Source: an uncultured Actinomycetota bacterium | Lineage (GTDB): Bacteria > Actinomycetota > Actinomycetes > Streptosporangiales > Streptosporangiaceae | Length of the DNA stretch: 64,000 nt | Direction of reading: 5' to 3' | NCBI GenBank assembly: GCA_963850115.1 | Contig: CAWKKG010000033.1 | Span: 139,204-203,203, forward strand | Shown here: positions 10,934-20,403 of the stretch, in pieces | Numbering within the stretch: position 1 is the stretch's first letter | Layout: each line of letters begins with the position of its first letter | Notes under the pieces: model-generated | Told to the model about the DNA's origin: nothing | Database searches by the model: none | What the model saw: the letters and a program-made list of their open reading frames with translations, nothing else | Position numbers and translations under genes: made by a program

Positions 10934-11692
10934 CCCTGGGTCCTTACCGTGCGCTTCTCGATCCGCTTGTCTTTGGCCTGGGCCGCGGTGAGTTCGACGA
11001 CCCGCTGCACGTATACGCCGGGGACGTGGACCTCGTTGGGATTGATCTCGCCCGGGTCCACTAGCTGCTCCACCTCGGCGATGGTGACCTTGCCGCACAT
11101 GGCGGCCAGCGGGTTGAAGTTGCGCGCCGCGTCACGGAAGACCAGGTTCCCGTGCCGGTCGCCCTTCCAGGCGCGCACCAGGCCGAAGTCGGCCACGATG
11201 GCCCGCTCCAGCACGTAGGTCGACGCCGTCGAAGGCCTGGGTCTGCTTCGGCGGGCTCGCCAGCGCGATGCTGCCGTCGCTGTCGTACTTCCACGGCATG
11301 CCGCCGTCGGCCACCTGGGTCCCGACCCCGGTCCTGGTGAAGAACGCCGCGATGCCCGAGCCGCCGGCCCGCATCCGCTCGGCCAGCGTGCCCTGCGGTG
11401 TCAGTTCCACCTCGAGCTCGCCGGCCAGGTACTGCCGGGCGAACTCCTTGTTCTCCCCGACGTAGGAGGCAACGACCCGGCGCAGCCTCTTAGCGCCGAG
11501 CAGGAGCCCGAGACCCCAGTCGTCCACGCCCGCGTTGTTGGAGACCACTTCAAGATCTTTCGTGCCCGCCTCGAGCACCGCGCCGATCAGCACCGAAGGA
11601 ATGCCGCACAGCCCGAAGCCGCCCACCGCGAGGGTGGCGCCATCCGGAATGTCAGCGACGGCTTCAGCGGCGCCCGATACCACCTTGTCCAT
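10930..11692 (-). CDS. scoA: 3-oxoacid CoA-transferase subunit A (frameshift near 11220)
   Basis: [24 protein letters not shown]; ATGA overlap with subunit B. Confidence 0.88.
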
Positions 11693-11723
11693 GATCAGAC
11701 GATAGCCCAGGGCGCTATGGGCG

Positions 11724-12212
11724 CTAGCGCCGTGCCGCGCTCTCGCGCATCAGCGGCAGCGCGGGGTCGAGCTCGGCTATCGCGGCCTGGAGCGCATTTG
11801 CCAGGGAGTCTTGGCTGCGCGGGTTGTACACCGGTCCGAGGGCGTCCGTGAGCAGCGCGGTTGCCATGGCCACGCCCCGGGCCGGGACCGGCAGCGGCGC
11901 CGTCAGCAGCCGCACGAGCTCGCGGACGTCGGGCTCGGCGGCGACGATGCGGTCGCCGCAGACCGGGATGGCGGGGTGGTACGTCCCGGGCGCGCGACGC
12001 GCGGTCCGCAGCAGCCTTCCCCAGGTGCGCGCCAGCTGCCGGCGATGGCGGAGGGCGACGATGTGCCGGGCCCGGGCGGCCAGCAGCGCGGACGACTCGG
12101 GCGTTAGGCCGGCGGCCAGCTGCCGGTCGAGCGAGGCGCCGAACAGCCGCGCCAGCAGCCGGTCGGTGAGCCGGGACGGTCGCACTCCGGCGATCTCAGG
12201 TGAACTGTTCAT
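11724..12212 (-). CDS. Hypothetical protein divergent from the GlxA regulator
   Basis: 162-aa [34 protein letters not shown] with coding-like composition. Confidence 0.6.
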   Translation of the reverse strand: MNSSPEIAGVRPSRLTDRLLARLFGASLDRQLAAGLTPESSALLAARARHIVALRHRRQLARTWGRLLRTARRAPGTYHPAIPVCGDRIVAAEPDVRELVRLLTAPLPVPARGVAMATALLTDALGPVYNPRSQDSLANALQAAIAELDPALPLMRESAARR

Positions 12213-12252
12213 AACCCAAGCCTCCGCCTTGGGGTTGGCCGCGAACAGTGGC

Positions 12253-13263
12253 ATGATCGACACTATGCACGACAAAACTGCCAACTTGCGGGTGGTGGAC
12301 GACGGGCCGCCTTGTGTGGCCGTCCTGGTGCTTGACGGCGTGAACTTGTTTGAACTCGGCGTGGCGAGCGACGTCTTCGGCACCGACATCGTCGCAGCTT
12401 CCGGGCGGCCCCTGTATCGCCGGTACATCTGCGGGCCGGCCGCTTCCGTCACGACCGACGCCGGGTTCCGGATGGAGGTCCCGCACGGCCTCGAGGCCCT
12501 AGACGAAGCGCAGACCGTGGTCGTGGTCCCGGCTCTGGACACCGATCAGGTGCCGGACGCGGTACTTGATGCCCTGCGCCTGGCCCGGTCGCAGGGCAAG
12601 CGCGTCCTCTCGCTGTGCACAGGCGCGTTCGTGCTCGCCGCGGCGGGGCTGCTCGACGGGCGCACCGCCACCACCCACTGGTCGGAATGCGCCGAGCTGG
12701 CGCGCCGGTACCCGCGGGTCCGCGTCGATCCCGGGGTGCTCTACGTCGACGAGGGCGACGTGCTCACCGCCGCGGGAAGCGCCGCCAGCGTGGACCTGTG
12801 CCTGCACGTGGTTGAGCGGGACTACGGCGCCGAGGTCGCCGCCAGGGTGGCTCGCGACCTCGTTGTCCCGCTGTACCGGTCGGGCGGGCAAGCACAGTAC
12901 ATCGAGTCGCCGATCCGCCTCCCCGACAACGGCGACCTGTTCGCGGACACGATCGAATGGCTGCGGACGCACCTGGCCGAGCCGGTAACCGTCGCCGACC
13001 TCGCGGATCGCTCGGCGATGAGCGCGCGCACCTTCGCCCGCCGGTTCCTGGCCAGCACCGGGACGACGCCGCTGGCCTGGCTGACGTCGGAACGGCTCAG
13101 GTGCGCTCAGCGCCTGCTGGAAACGAGCGACGCGCCCGTGGACCTCATCGCCCGGGAGAGCGGCTTCGGGAGTCCGGACAACCTACGGAAGCACTTCGCC
13201 CGCACGCTAAGGACGACGCCGCAGACCTATCGCCGGACGTTCCGCGCGAAGTCTCCGGCCTGA
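12253..13263 (+). CDS. GlxA/FtrA family regulator (DJ-1-like domain + AraC HTH)
   Basis: SLCTGAFVLA, ATTHW, RSGGQAQY, MSARTFARRF; start approximate. Confidence 0.9.
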   Translation: MIDTMHDKTANLRVVDDGPPCVAVLVLDGVNLFELGVASDVFGTDIVAASGRPLYRRYICGPAASVTTDAGFRMEVPHGLEALDEAQTVVVVPALDTDQVPDAVLDALRLARSQGKRVLSLCTGAFVLAAAGLLDGRTATTHWSECAELARRYPRVRVDPGVLYVDEGDVLTAAGSAASVDLCLHVVERDYGAEVAARVARDLVVPLYRSGGQAQYIESPIRLPDNGDLFADTIEWLRTHLAEPVTVADLADRSAMSARTFARRFLASTGTTPLAWLTSERLRCAQRLLETSDAPVDLIARESGFGSPDNLRKHFARTLRTTPQTYRRTFRAKSPA

Positions 13264-14547
13264 ATGCCCGTGACCTGAATGCCCGTGGGCCGAATGTCCG
13301 TGACCTGAATGCCCGTGGGCGTGCGCCCGGTGACCATCCGGCGCGCCCAGTCCTTTCAGCACCAGCAGGGCCGTATTCCCTGATGCCAGTGTGTAGACCA
13401 GCTTGCTGGCAATGCGGGTACTGCCGATCCAGACGTTATAAATGCTGGCCCGCTTGGCCGAAATATGGAGCTGTGACAGCGAGAATTTCCCGGTGGCCGT
13501 TGTGCGGCCCAGGTTGACCAGCAGAACCGCCGCGCCGCCATCAGCCCCTTTTACCAGGGCTTCTATCCGGTCGCTCATGACGGCTATCGCGGCCTGCGAC
13601 CCGCTTTGATCGATCGCGATCATCTTCGGATTCTTCAGGTCGGTCAACTCGGCCGGGGTCAGCGCGGCAAGGTTGGCGGAGACCAGCAGCGGGCTGGCCT
13701 CTTCCGCCCATACCGAGAGTTGACTCTGCAGATCCCCTCGGCTCCAACCGGAGGCGGGCATGGCCGGCGCCACCATGTCTAGGTCGTTCCAGTGCCCAGG
13801 ACCGGCGAGCGCGTGCAGGTGAAGGTCATCGGCCAGATGGCTCAGAATCATCGAGTTGACGATATTGAGCGGATACTCGTCCGGGGCGACCCGCCACATG
13901 TTAGCGAACCCGGCTGACGACCGAACGGTGGAAATAAAGCTAGGCTTTCCTATGGCGTAAATGGGCAGTTCCTCGCTGTAGACGACCGCGGGCATGGCCG
14001 CCCGGAGGTAAGCGCCGTACGACCGGAAGTCCTGGGTGAGGGAGGCCACGGTGGTCCGGGCCGGGAGGCCGCCGCACTCGTCGATCTTGACAAAGTCCAC
14101 ACCCCATTTCGCGAAGGTCTTCGCGTCCTGCTTGTAATGCCCCGAGCTTCCCGGAAAGCGCTGGCACGTATGCGTGCCGATGGCCTCATAAATTCCGAAC
14201 CTCAGGCCCATCGAATGAAGCCGCGCGCTGAGCCAGGGAATACCGTGCGGAAACTTTTTGGCATTCCACGCTAGGGCTCCGTTTTTTTTGCGATGAATTG
14301 CCATCCAGCCGTCATCCAGGTTCACGGTATTGTAGCCAGAAGCCGCCAGCCGGGTGGTGATCAAGAGCCGAGCCTGCCGGAGAACATCCGCCTCGTCGGC
14401 ATTGGTGCGATATTGGTACCATGTGTTATAGCCCATCGCCGGCCGCGGCGATGCCGGCAACGGGGCCGCGCTCGTCGACAAAGCGGACATCAGCACGGTA
14501 AGTCCCGCTATCGGCACACCCAGGGCAGCACGCATGCGGTTATTCAT
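13207..14547 (-). CDS. Secreted GH27 alpha-galactosidase-like protein
   Basis: Signal peptide; PAMGYNTW, VNLDDGW, WGVDFVKIDEC, MWRVAPD, WNDLDM; 3' end uncertain because it runs through the repeat. Confidence 0.88.
   Translation of the reverse strand: MNNRMRAALGVPIAGLTVLMSALSTSAAPLPASPRPAMGYNTWYQYRTNADEADVLRQARLLITTRLAASGYNTVNLDDGWMAIHRKKNGALAWNAKKFPHGIPWLSARLHSMGLRFGIYEAIGTHTCQRFPGSSGHYKQDAKTFAKWGVDFVKIDECGGLPARTTVASLTQDFRSYGAYLRAAMPAVVYSEELPIYAIGKPSFISTVRSSAGFANMWRVAPDEYPLNIVNSMILSHLADDLHLHALAGPGHWNDLDMVAPAMPASGWSRGDLQSQLSVWAEEASPLLVSANLAALTPAELTDLKNPKMIAIDQSGSQAAIAVMSDRIEALVKGADGGAAVLLVNLGRTTATGKFSLSQLHISAKRASIYNVWIGSTRIASKLVYTLASGNTALLVLKGLGAPDGHRAHAHGHSGHGHSAHGHSGHGHSGRRLRAERPAIGLRRRP
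13261..13320. repeat. 15-bp tandem repeat, 4 copies
   Basis: TGAATGCCCGTGACC / TGAATGCCCGTGGGC / CGAATGTCCGTGACC / TGAATGCCCGTGGGC. Confidence 0.85.
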
Positions 14548-14809
14548 GATTTGTCCTTTACCGGCACACTCGAGCCTCTTCTGCCATGCCAATGCCTCAT
14601 AAGAAACAGAGAAGTCCTGGCTGATTACACCAGCATCAAGGCATGCGTGTCAGCTACGAGTCCCCCGAGTCGTCGCCTTATTCACGGCGGACGCACCGCA
14701 CGATTAAGGGCTGCTTGGCGCGAGAAGACCGATTTCGGGGCATGCACGAAATCGACCGCATCCGTCGCCGACCCTTCGCTGAACAAGCGCCTGGACCTGG
14801 CGGGGGCCG

Positions 14810-14915
14810 CTACCGCGGCGTGACGCAGGCGCCGGAGATGCCGCCGTCCCCGAGGAAGGTAGAGGCGGTGATGAACGAGGAGTCGTCGCTGGCGAGGAAC
14901 GCGACCGCCGCGCCC
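14810..14915 (-). pseudogene. C-terminal remnant of an SDR / 3-oxoacyl-ACP reductase
   Basis: Reads AAVAFLASDDSSFITASTFL then, after a shift, DGGISGACVTPR*; no N-terminal Rossmann part upstream. Confidence 0.7.
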
Positions 14916-15041
14916 ACCAGATCCCGGCGAAGCCGAGCACGGCGATCACACACGTGCTGTAGCCCCGGCAGGCAACCGGCTCTTTGTGACTGGTATTAGT
15001 TAGGCCAGTGTTGTCGGCCTAAATCGACGGAAGCGCAGGTA

Positions 15042-15719
15042 ATGACCATGGGTGAGGAATTTGCCGGCCGAGAGGTGCTGGTGTTCGGCGCCGGCGGCGC
15101 GCTGGGGTCCGGGGTAGCCGCGGCCTTCGCCGAGGCTGGCGCCCTGGTGACCGGGGCCGACAGGGTCGTGACCGTCGCCGCCGCCATGGAAACGGTCTCT
15201 TACGAGACGGTCGACGTCATGGACGACGCCGACCTTCGCGGGCTGTTCGACAACCGTCCGGCGCCGTGGGCGGTCATCAACACGGTCGGCGGGTTCGCGC
15301 CGCAACGCCCGCTGGCGGACCTCAACCCGGCCGAACTCGTCGGCCAGCTTGAACTGAACCTGGTGACCGCCGCGCTGATCACCAAGCACGCCTTGCGGGT
15401 CATGCAAGAGTCAGGCGAGGGCCGGATCGTGCACACCGCCAGCCGCGCCGCGGTGATGACCGAGGGCTCGGGATTCGCCTACTCGGTCAGCAAGTACGGC
15501 GTCCTGCACCTGGTCGCGATGGCGGCCCGCGAGGTCCGCGGCACCGGGATCACCGTGAACTGCGTGGTGCCCAGCATCATCGACACTCCGGGTAACCGGG
15601 CCGCCATGCCGAACGCTAACCACGACGCGTGGCCGAAGGTGCCGGACATCGCGCGAAGCTACCTGTACCTGGCCAGCCCGGCGGCCGGCCTGGTGAACGG
15701 CGCGACCCTCCCCGTCTAA
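15042..15719 (+). CDS. SDR family oxidoreductase
   Basis: GAGGALG, YSVSK catalytic motif, VNCVVPSIIDTP. Confidence 0.88.
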   Translation: MTMGEEFAGREVLVFGAGGALGSGVAAAFAEAGALVTGADRVVTVAAAMETVSYETVDVMDDADLRGLFDNRPAPWAVINTVGGFAPQRPLADLNPAELVGQLELNLVTAALITKHALRVMQESGEGRIVHTASRAAVMTEGSGFAYSVSKYGVLHLVAMAAREVRGTGITVNCVVPSIIDTPGNRAAMPNANHDAWPKVPDIARSYLYLASPAAGLVNGATLPV

Positions 15720-15957
15720 TCCCGGCATCGCCCGATACCGTCATTCACCTCGCGACGGCATGGCGCCCACAGCTGTCCTAGACGCTTCGGTGCCGGTTTC
15801 CTGTGTTGTCGCTCAGGGTACGACCTCGCCCGCTAGCGCAATGGCTCTGAGCCACGATCGGGGGATCCATGCGCAAGATCACGACAATGGTCTTTGAGTT
15901 CGCCGAGGCGATCGATAGGCACGCCTAGGTCGCCAAGCGAAACGCATGGAGGTAGAA

Positions 15958-16443
15958 ATGCGGATGGTTGCAAGCGCGGCCGCAGCCAGCGTTGCCCTGC
16001 TGGGAATCGGAGCCGGCGTGTCGCAAGCCGCCACGGTCCCGCCGGGCACGCCGTCCAAGGCGGTTGTGGTCGAGCGGAACGAGAACGACCAGGTTACGGA
16101 CTACAAGCTCCAGAACGCCGATCCGATGACCGGCTGGTTCGGCTACCTGCCGGTGGGTGACGGGGCCGTGTACGCGGTGAACTGGACCAAGGTCGGCAAG
16201 AACCAGGTCAGCGGGACCGGCAAGTACACCTGGGGCCAGATGGGCAGCTACCGGAACGGCCCGGTCACCATCCTGCTCACCGGCGGCAACTACACGTACA
16301 CCAAGATCAGCATCACGCTCACGCAGTCCTGGTACGGCATAACCAAGGGCAGCTACCCGCCTTACGGGCACGGTGCGCACCACACGACCGCGCACATCCA
16401 CGTCGCGGTCAACGATCCGACCACCAACCTGATCCGGTACTAG
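15958..16443 (+). CDS. Secreted hypothetical protein
   Basis: GGAGG RBS, signal peptide ending SQA-A, G/T/Y/W-rich mature part. Confidence 0.7.
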   Translation: MRMVASAAAASVALLGIGAGVSQAATVPPGTPSKAVVVERNENDQVTDYKLQNADPMTGWFGYLPVGDGAVYAVNWTKVGKNQVSGTGKYTWGQMGSYRNGPVTILLTGGNYTYTKISITLTQSWYGITKGSYPPYGHGAHHTTAHIHVAVNDPTTNLIRY

Positions 16444-16516
16444 GCTGCCGCGCCGCTTCCGGTGCTCGGACGGTTCACGACAGCCGGCCCGAGCGCGGGC
16501 GGCCGGGGCCTAGTAC

Positions 16517-16978
16517 TCAGGCTCTCGGCGTACCGCGGATTACCGCTACGGGGCAGTGGCAGTGGGTGACGCAGTGCTCGCTGACCGAACCGAGGAGCAT
16601 GCCCGCGAACTCACCGTGGCCGCGACTCCCGACTACGACGAGATCAGCGGTCGTCGAGAGGGCCTCGAGCACCGGCGCCGGATGCCCCTCGATAACTGAT
16701 CGCCGGACCTCGATCGCATCACGCGGGGTCAGTATGGCGCTGATGGCCTTGTCGAGTTGCCGTCGCGCCTCGTCAGCCGGGTCGTAGTCGGGCGGCTCGG
16801 GAGTCTCCAACCCCAGATAGCTCACTGGCCACTCCCAGGCGGACACGATCTCCAGGGGCGCGCCGGTCAGCCCCGCCTGGCGCACCGCCCACCGAAGAGC
16901 AGCTAGCGAAGACTCTGACCCGTCGACCCCCACGACAATCGGGCGCCGGGTCGTGGTCGTTCCTTCAGCGCTGGTCAT
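16517..16978 (-). CDS. Universal stress protein
   Basis: IVVGVDGS, VVGSRGHG..LLGSVS..CPV; GAGGAG RBS. Confidence 0.92.
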   Translation of the reverse strand: MTSAEGTTTTRRPIVVGVDGSESSLAALRWAVRQAGLTGAPLEIVSAWEWPVSYLGLETPEPPDYDPADEARRQLDKAISAILTPRDAIEVRRSVIEGHPAPVLEALSTTADLVVVGSRGHGEFAGMLLGSVSEHCVTHCHCPVAVIRGTPRA

Positions 16979-17068
16979 GCTGTCCTCCTCTCACGGCGAA
17001 GCTCGCCGCTCCGCGCGGCGGGCTTCGGCCTCCTGCCGTCTGCCGCCGCTCCATTAGATGATCATATC

Positions 17069-17080
17069 ACTTGTACAAGT
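17069..17080. promoter_or_regulatory. Palindrome upstream of marR, candidate operator
   Basis: Perfect ACTTGTACAAGT in an AT-rich patch 20 bp before the start. Confidence 0.5.
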
Positions 17081-17100
17081 TACTTTAGAAGTTTGCTACG

Positions 17101-17583
17101 GTGGATGCCATGGACGAGTCGAGGTCTCAGAGTGAAGCGAGCGACGCGGTCCGCCTGGCGATGGCGGTCTCCCGGCTGCGGTCGCGGATCAGGATCGAGG
17201 CCGGGATGCGCTCGACCGGCATCCCGATCTCGCAGCTGGCCGTGCTGGGCCGCATCATCGACGAGGGCCCCACTACGGCGGCGGCGCTGGCGGCCGGCGA
17301 GCACGTGACCCAGCAGGCGATCGCGCAGAGCCTGGCGACGCTCAAGGAACGCGGCCTCGTGGAGAAGCAGGCCGATCCCAGCGACGGCCGCAAGAGCCTG
17401 GTGACCGCGACCGCCGCGGGCCGAGAGCTCATGGACGGCATTACCGCGTCGCGCGATGAATGGCTTACCCAGGCCATCGACGCGGCCGTCAGGCCCGAGG
17501 AGCGCCCCCTGCTCGCCGAGGCGATCGAGCTGCTCGAGCGCATCGCCGACGTGAAACTGCACCGTGGAGGCGAGATCCGATGA
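17101..17583 (+). CDS. MarR family regulator
   Basis: wHTH with DPSDGRKSLVTATAAG; overlaps the MFS start (ATGA). Confidence 0.9.
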   Translation: MDAMDESRSQSEASDAVRLAMAVSRLRSRIRIEAGMRSTGIPISQLAVLGRIIDEGPTTAAALAAGEHVTQQAIAQSLATLKERGLVEKQADPSDGRKSLVTATAAGRELMDGITASRDEWLTQAIDAAVRPEERPLLAEAIELLERIADVKLHRGGEIR

Positions 17584-18992
17584 CACAGAAAACCGAAGCA
17601 GCGACGACCGGATCTCAGCAGCGCGCGGCCGCCCCGTTCGGCTGGCGGACCGTGACGCCCCTGGTCATGGGGTCAGCGCTGAACCCGGTCAACAGCTCGG
17701 TGATCGCGACCGCCCTCGTGCCGATCGCCGCGGCCCTGCACGTCCCGGTCGGGCGCACCTCGATCCTGGTCTCCTCGCTGTACCTGGCCTGCGCGATCGC
17801 GCAGCCGACCGCGGGCAAGCTCGCCGAGGAGTTCGGCCCCCGCCGGGTCTTCCTCGCCGGGATCGTGCTGGTGCTGGCCGGCGGCCTGGTCGGCGGCCTG
17901 GGCAGTAACCTGGCCGTCCTGGTCGTGGCCAGGGTCTTGATCGGCGCCGGGACGTCGTGCGGCTATCCCACCGCGATGGTGATCATCCGCCGCCGCTCCC
18001 ACCAGGCCGGGCTGAGCGAGCCGCCGGGCAGCGTGCTCGGGAGCCTGGCGATCGCCGGCTCGGCCACCGTGGCGATCGGCCCGCCGATCGGCGGCCTCCT
18101 GGTCGGCGGCCTGGGGTGGCGATCGGCATTCCTGCTCAACGTTCCGCTGACCGCCGCCGCGCTGGCGATGGCGCTCGCGTGGATTCCCCGCGATGAGCAG
18201 CCGGCCGCCGGCCGGAAGATCGCCGAGCTCGCAACCCGGATCGACCTGGGCGGCATCGCGCTCTTCGGCGGGATGCTGGCCGTCTTGCTGGTGTTCTTGA
18301 TGTCGCTGCCGCACCCAGACTGGGCGGCGCTCGCCATCTCCGCGCTCCTGGCCGCGCTCCTGGCGGCCTGGGAGCTCCGGGCCGCCAAGCCATTCATCGA
18401 CCTGCGGCTGCTCGCGTCGCAGCGGGCGCTGACCCGGACGTACCTGCGCCTTGGGCTGACGCTGCTCGGCGTCTACGTCGTGCTCTACGGCATCACGCAA
18501 TGGATGGAGGCCGCCCGGGGGCTGTCCCCCGAGCAGGCCGGCCTGGTGCTGCTGCCGATGGGCGCCGTCGCCGCCCTCGTGTCGCAGCCGGTCTCGCGCC
18601 GCAACCTCGTCCGCGGGCCGCTGATCGCCTGCGCGTTCTTCATGCTCCTGGCATCGGCCGCCACGCTGTTCATCACCGTGCACAGCCCGGTGATCGCGCT
18701 AGTCGGGGTGATGGTCCTGTTCGGCGTGGTCGTCGGCACCACCTCGGTCGGCAACCAGACCGCGCTGTACCTCCAGTCACCGCCGGAAAGCCTCGGGACC
18801 GCCTCGGGCCTGTCGCGGACCTTCGGCTACATCGGGTCGATCGCCTCGGCCACGATCACCAGCCTCGTCTTCCACACCCGCGTCAGCGACGCCGGGCTGC
18901 ACGACATGGCGCTCATCCTCGTCGGCGTCGCCGCCGTCGTACTGCTCATGACCCTCCTCGACCGCCACCTGCCCAGGGGCTCCAAGGCCTGA
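17580..18992 (+). CDS. MFS transporter (DHA2-like)
   Basis: LNPVNSSVIATAL, GKLAEEFGPRR motif A, many TM helices. Confidence 0.9.
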   Translation: MTQKTEAATTGSQQRAAAPFGWRTVTPLVMGSALNPVNSSVIATALVPIAAALHVPVGRTSILVSSLYLACAIAQPTAGKLAEEFGPRRVFLAGIVLVLAGGLVGGLGSNLAVLVVARVLIGAGTSCGYPTAMVIIRRRSHQAGLSEPPGSVLGSLAIAGSATVAIGPPIGGLLVGGLGWRSAFLLNVPLTAAALAMALAWIPRDEQPAAGRKIAELATRIDLGGIALFGGMLAVLLVFLMSLPHPDWAALAISALLAALLAAWELRAAKPFIDLRLLASQRALTRTYLRLGLTLLGVYVVLYGITQWMEAARGLSPEQAGLVLLPMGAVAALVSQPVSRRNLVRGPLIACAFFMLLASAATLFITVHSPVIALVGVMVLFGVVVGTTSVGNQTALYLQSPPESLGTASGLSRTFGYIGSIASATITSLVFHTRVSDAGLHDMALILVGVAAVVLLMTLLDRHLPRGSKA

Positions 18993-19100
18993 GCAGCGTT
19001 CGCCGACCAGGGCTACGAGCGGGTGCCCGAGGCCAACAAGATGCTCGCCGGGGTGGCCAGGAGCCGCGCCCTGCACCACGCTGCTTCGCCAAACGAGAAG

Positions 19101-19128
19101 AGGCCGGTTCCAAGATCGGAACCGGCCT
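19101..19128 (-). terminator. Hairpin terminator after tRNA-Thr
   Basis: AGGCCGGTTCC-aagatc-GGAACCGGCCT followed on the minus strand by CTTCTCGTTT. Confidence 0.75.
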
Positions 19129-19142
19129 GTGAACTGCGGTTT

Positions 19143-19218
19143 TGGAGCCCCTTTACGGAATCGAACCGTAGACCTTCTCCTTACCATGGAGACGCTCTGC
19201 CGACTGAGCTAAAGGGGC
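19143..19218 (-). tRNA. tRNA-Thr(GGT)
   Basis: GCCCCTTTAGCTCAGTCGGCAGAGCGTCTCCATGGTAAGGAGAAGGTCTACGGTTCGATTCCGTAAAGGGGCTCCA, 76 nt with CCA. Confidence 0.97.
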
Positions 19219-19307
19219 AATGTTCGGTTGTCGCGGCCTGTTCAACCGCCGCGTAGAGAGCATAGCGCACCTGAGGCGGTAGTGCGGCCGGGATGGGTGG
19301 CACCCCG

Positions 19308-19342
19308 GCCGGGTGCCGCCGTGGGGGACGGCGGCACCCGGC
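19308..19342 (-). terminator. Hairpin terminator
   Basis: GCCGGGTGCCGCCGT..ACGGCGGCACCCGGC 15-bp stem downstream of the 19365 gene. Confidence 0.7.
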
Positions 19343-19364
19343 TAGCGGGGAAGATGACCGCGAA

Positions 19365-20403
19365 CTAGCCGACGAAGTTCGGGTTCGCGGTCGTGATGTC
19401 GTAGCTGTTGCCCCAGTACCACTGGGTGGCGCTGGCGCCTGCCACGACGTGCGGGACTCCGGTCGGGTCGGCGATCCAGTAGCGGACCTTGGACTGCATC
19501 CAACCGGGGAGGTGGGCCACGTTGTCCTTGACCTGCTGCCAGTCGGACAGCATGGTGTAGACGATCGCCACCGAGTCCGAGTGCGCGCTCAGGCGGTGCT
19601 GCACCCACTGCGCGGCACCGACCGGAGTGGCGTCGCCCGGCTCGACGTCGAGGACGTTCGCCGCCGGGTCGCTGCCGTTGGTGTCGATCCACAGCAACGA
19701 CTTGTGCCCGGACGTCTGCCCCGCGGAGGCCGCGTAGGCCCCGTTGGCGTAGACGGCGGCGGCCTTACCGGACGGGATCGAGCCCGGCGTCACCGAGTCG
19801 TAGATGAGGTACGGCTTGGCGGCGGCCGCGGCCTTCGCCTTAACCGCGGCCACGGACTTCGCCTTGGCTGCCGCCTGGGCCTTGGCCTGCGCGGCCGTCT
19901 TGGCCTGAGCAGCCGCCTTGGCCTGGGCCGAAGCCTTCGCCTGGGCGGCCGCCTTCGCCTTGGCCGCCGTGACGACCTTCGCCTGCGCCGCCGCCTTGGC
20001 CTGGGCCGCGGCTTGCTGTGCGGCCTGCAGCTGGGCGGCCCGGGCGGCGGAGGTCACGATGGCGCCGTCGGTGACGGTGTTCGCGCCGGTGTTGCCCGCC
20101 GTGGCGGCGGAACGAAGGACGTCCAGCTGACCGCTGGCCACTGGCTGCTGGCCGTGCTGGCCGTTGATGTCGGAGATGGCCGCGGTGAGGGGGGAACTGC
20201 TCGGCTGACCCGAAGTGGACGACGAGCCGACGTGCGCGGTCGTCGCGACGTTGTTGAGTGGCTGCTCCCACCGGGCCGCGCCGGAGCCGAAGCCGACCGC
20301 GCCGAGCGTGCCCACCGCGGCCGCCGCGGCCGCGATCTTTGTGATGCGCGAATTCTTGCGCGCGAGGTTTGCGGTGCTGCGGTACAGGGGAGACATGGAC
20401 ATG
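19365..20403 (-). CDS. Secreted protein with Ala/Lys/Gln repeat linker and a putative GH25-like muramidase domain
   Basis: Basic+hydrophobic N-terminus, (AAQAKA)n, C-terminal YDS..LDVEPGD..IVYT..YWIAD..TQW..YD; start approximate. Confidence 0.7.

Noticed and set aside
18993-19142. Integrase remnant or att site beside tRNA-Thr
   Set aside because: No recombinase motif and no duplicate of the tRNA 3' end was found in the window
19820-20040. Histone-like or TolA protein, from the AAKAKA repeats
   Set aside because: The repeats are a linker between a signal peptide and an enzyme-like domain
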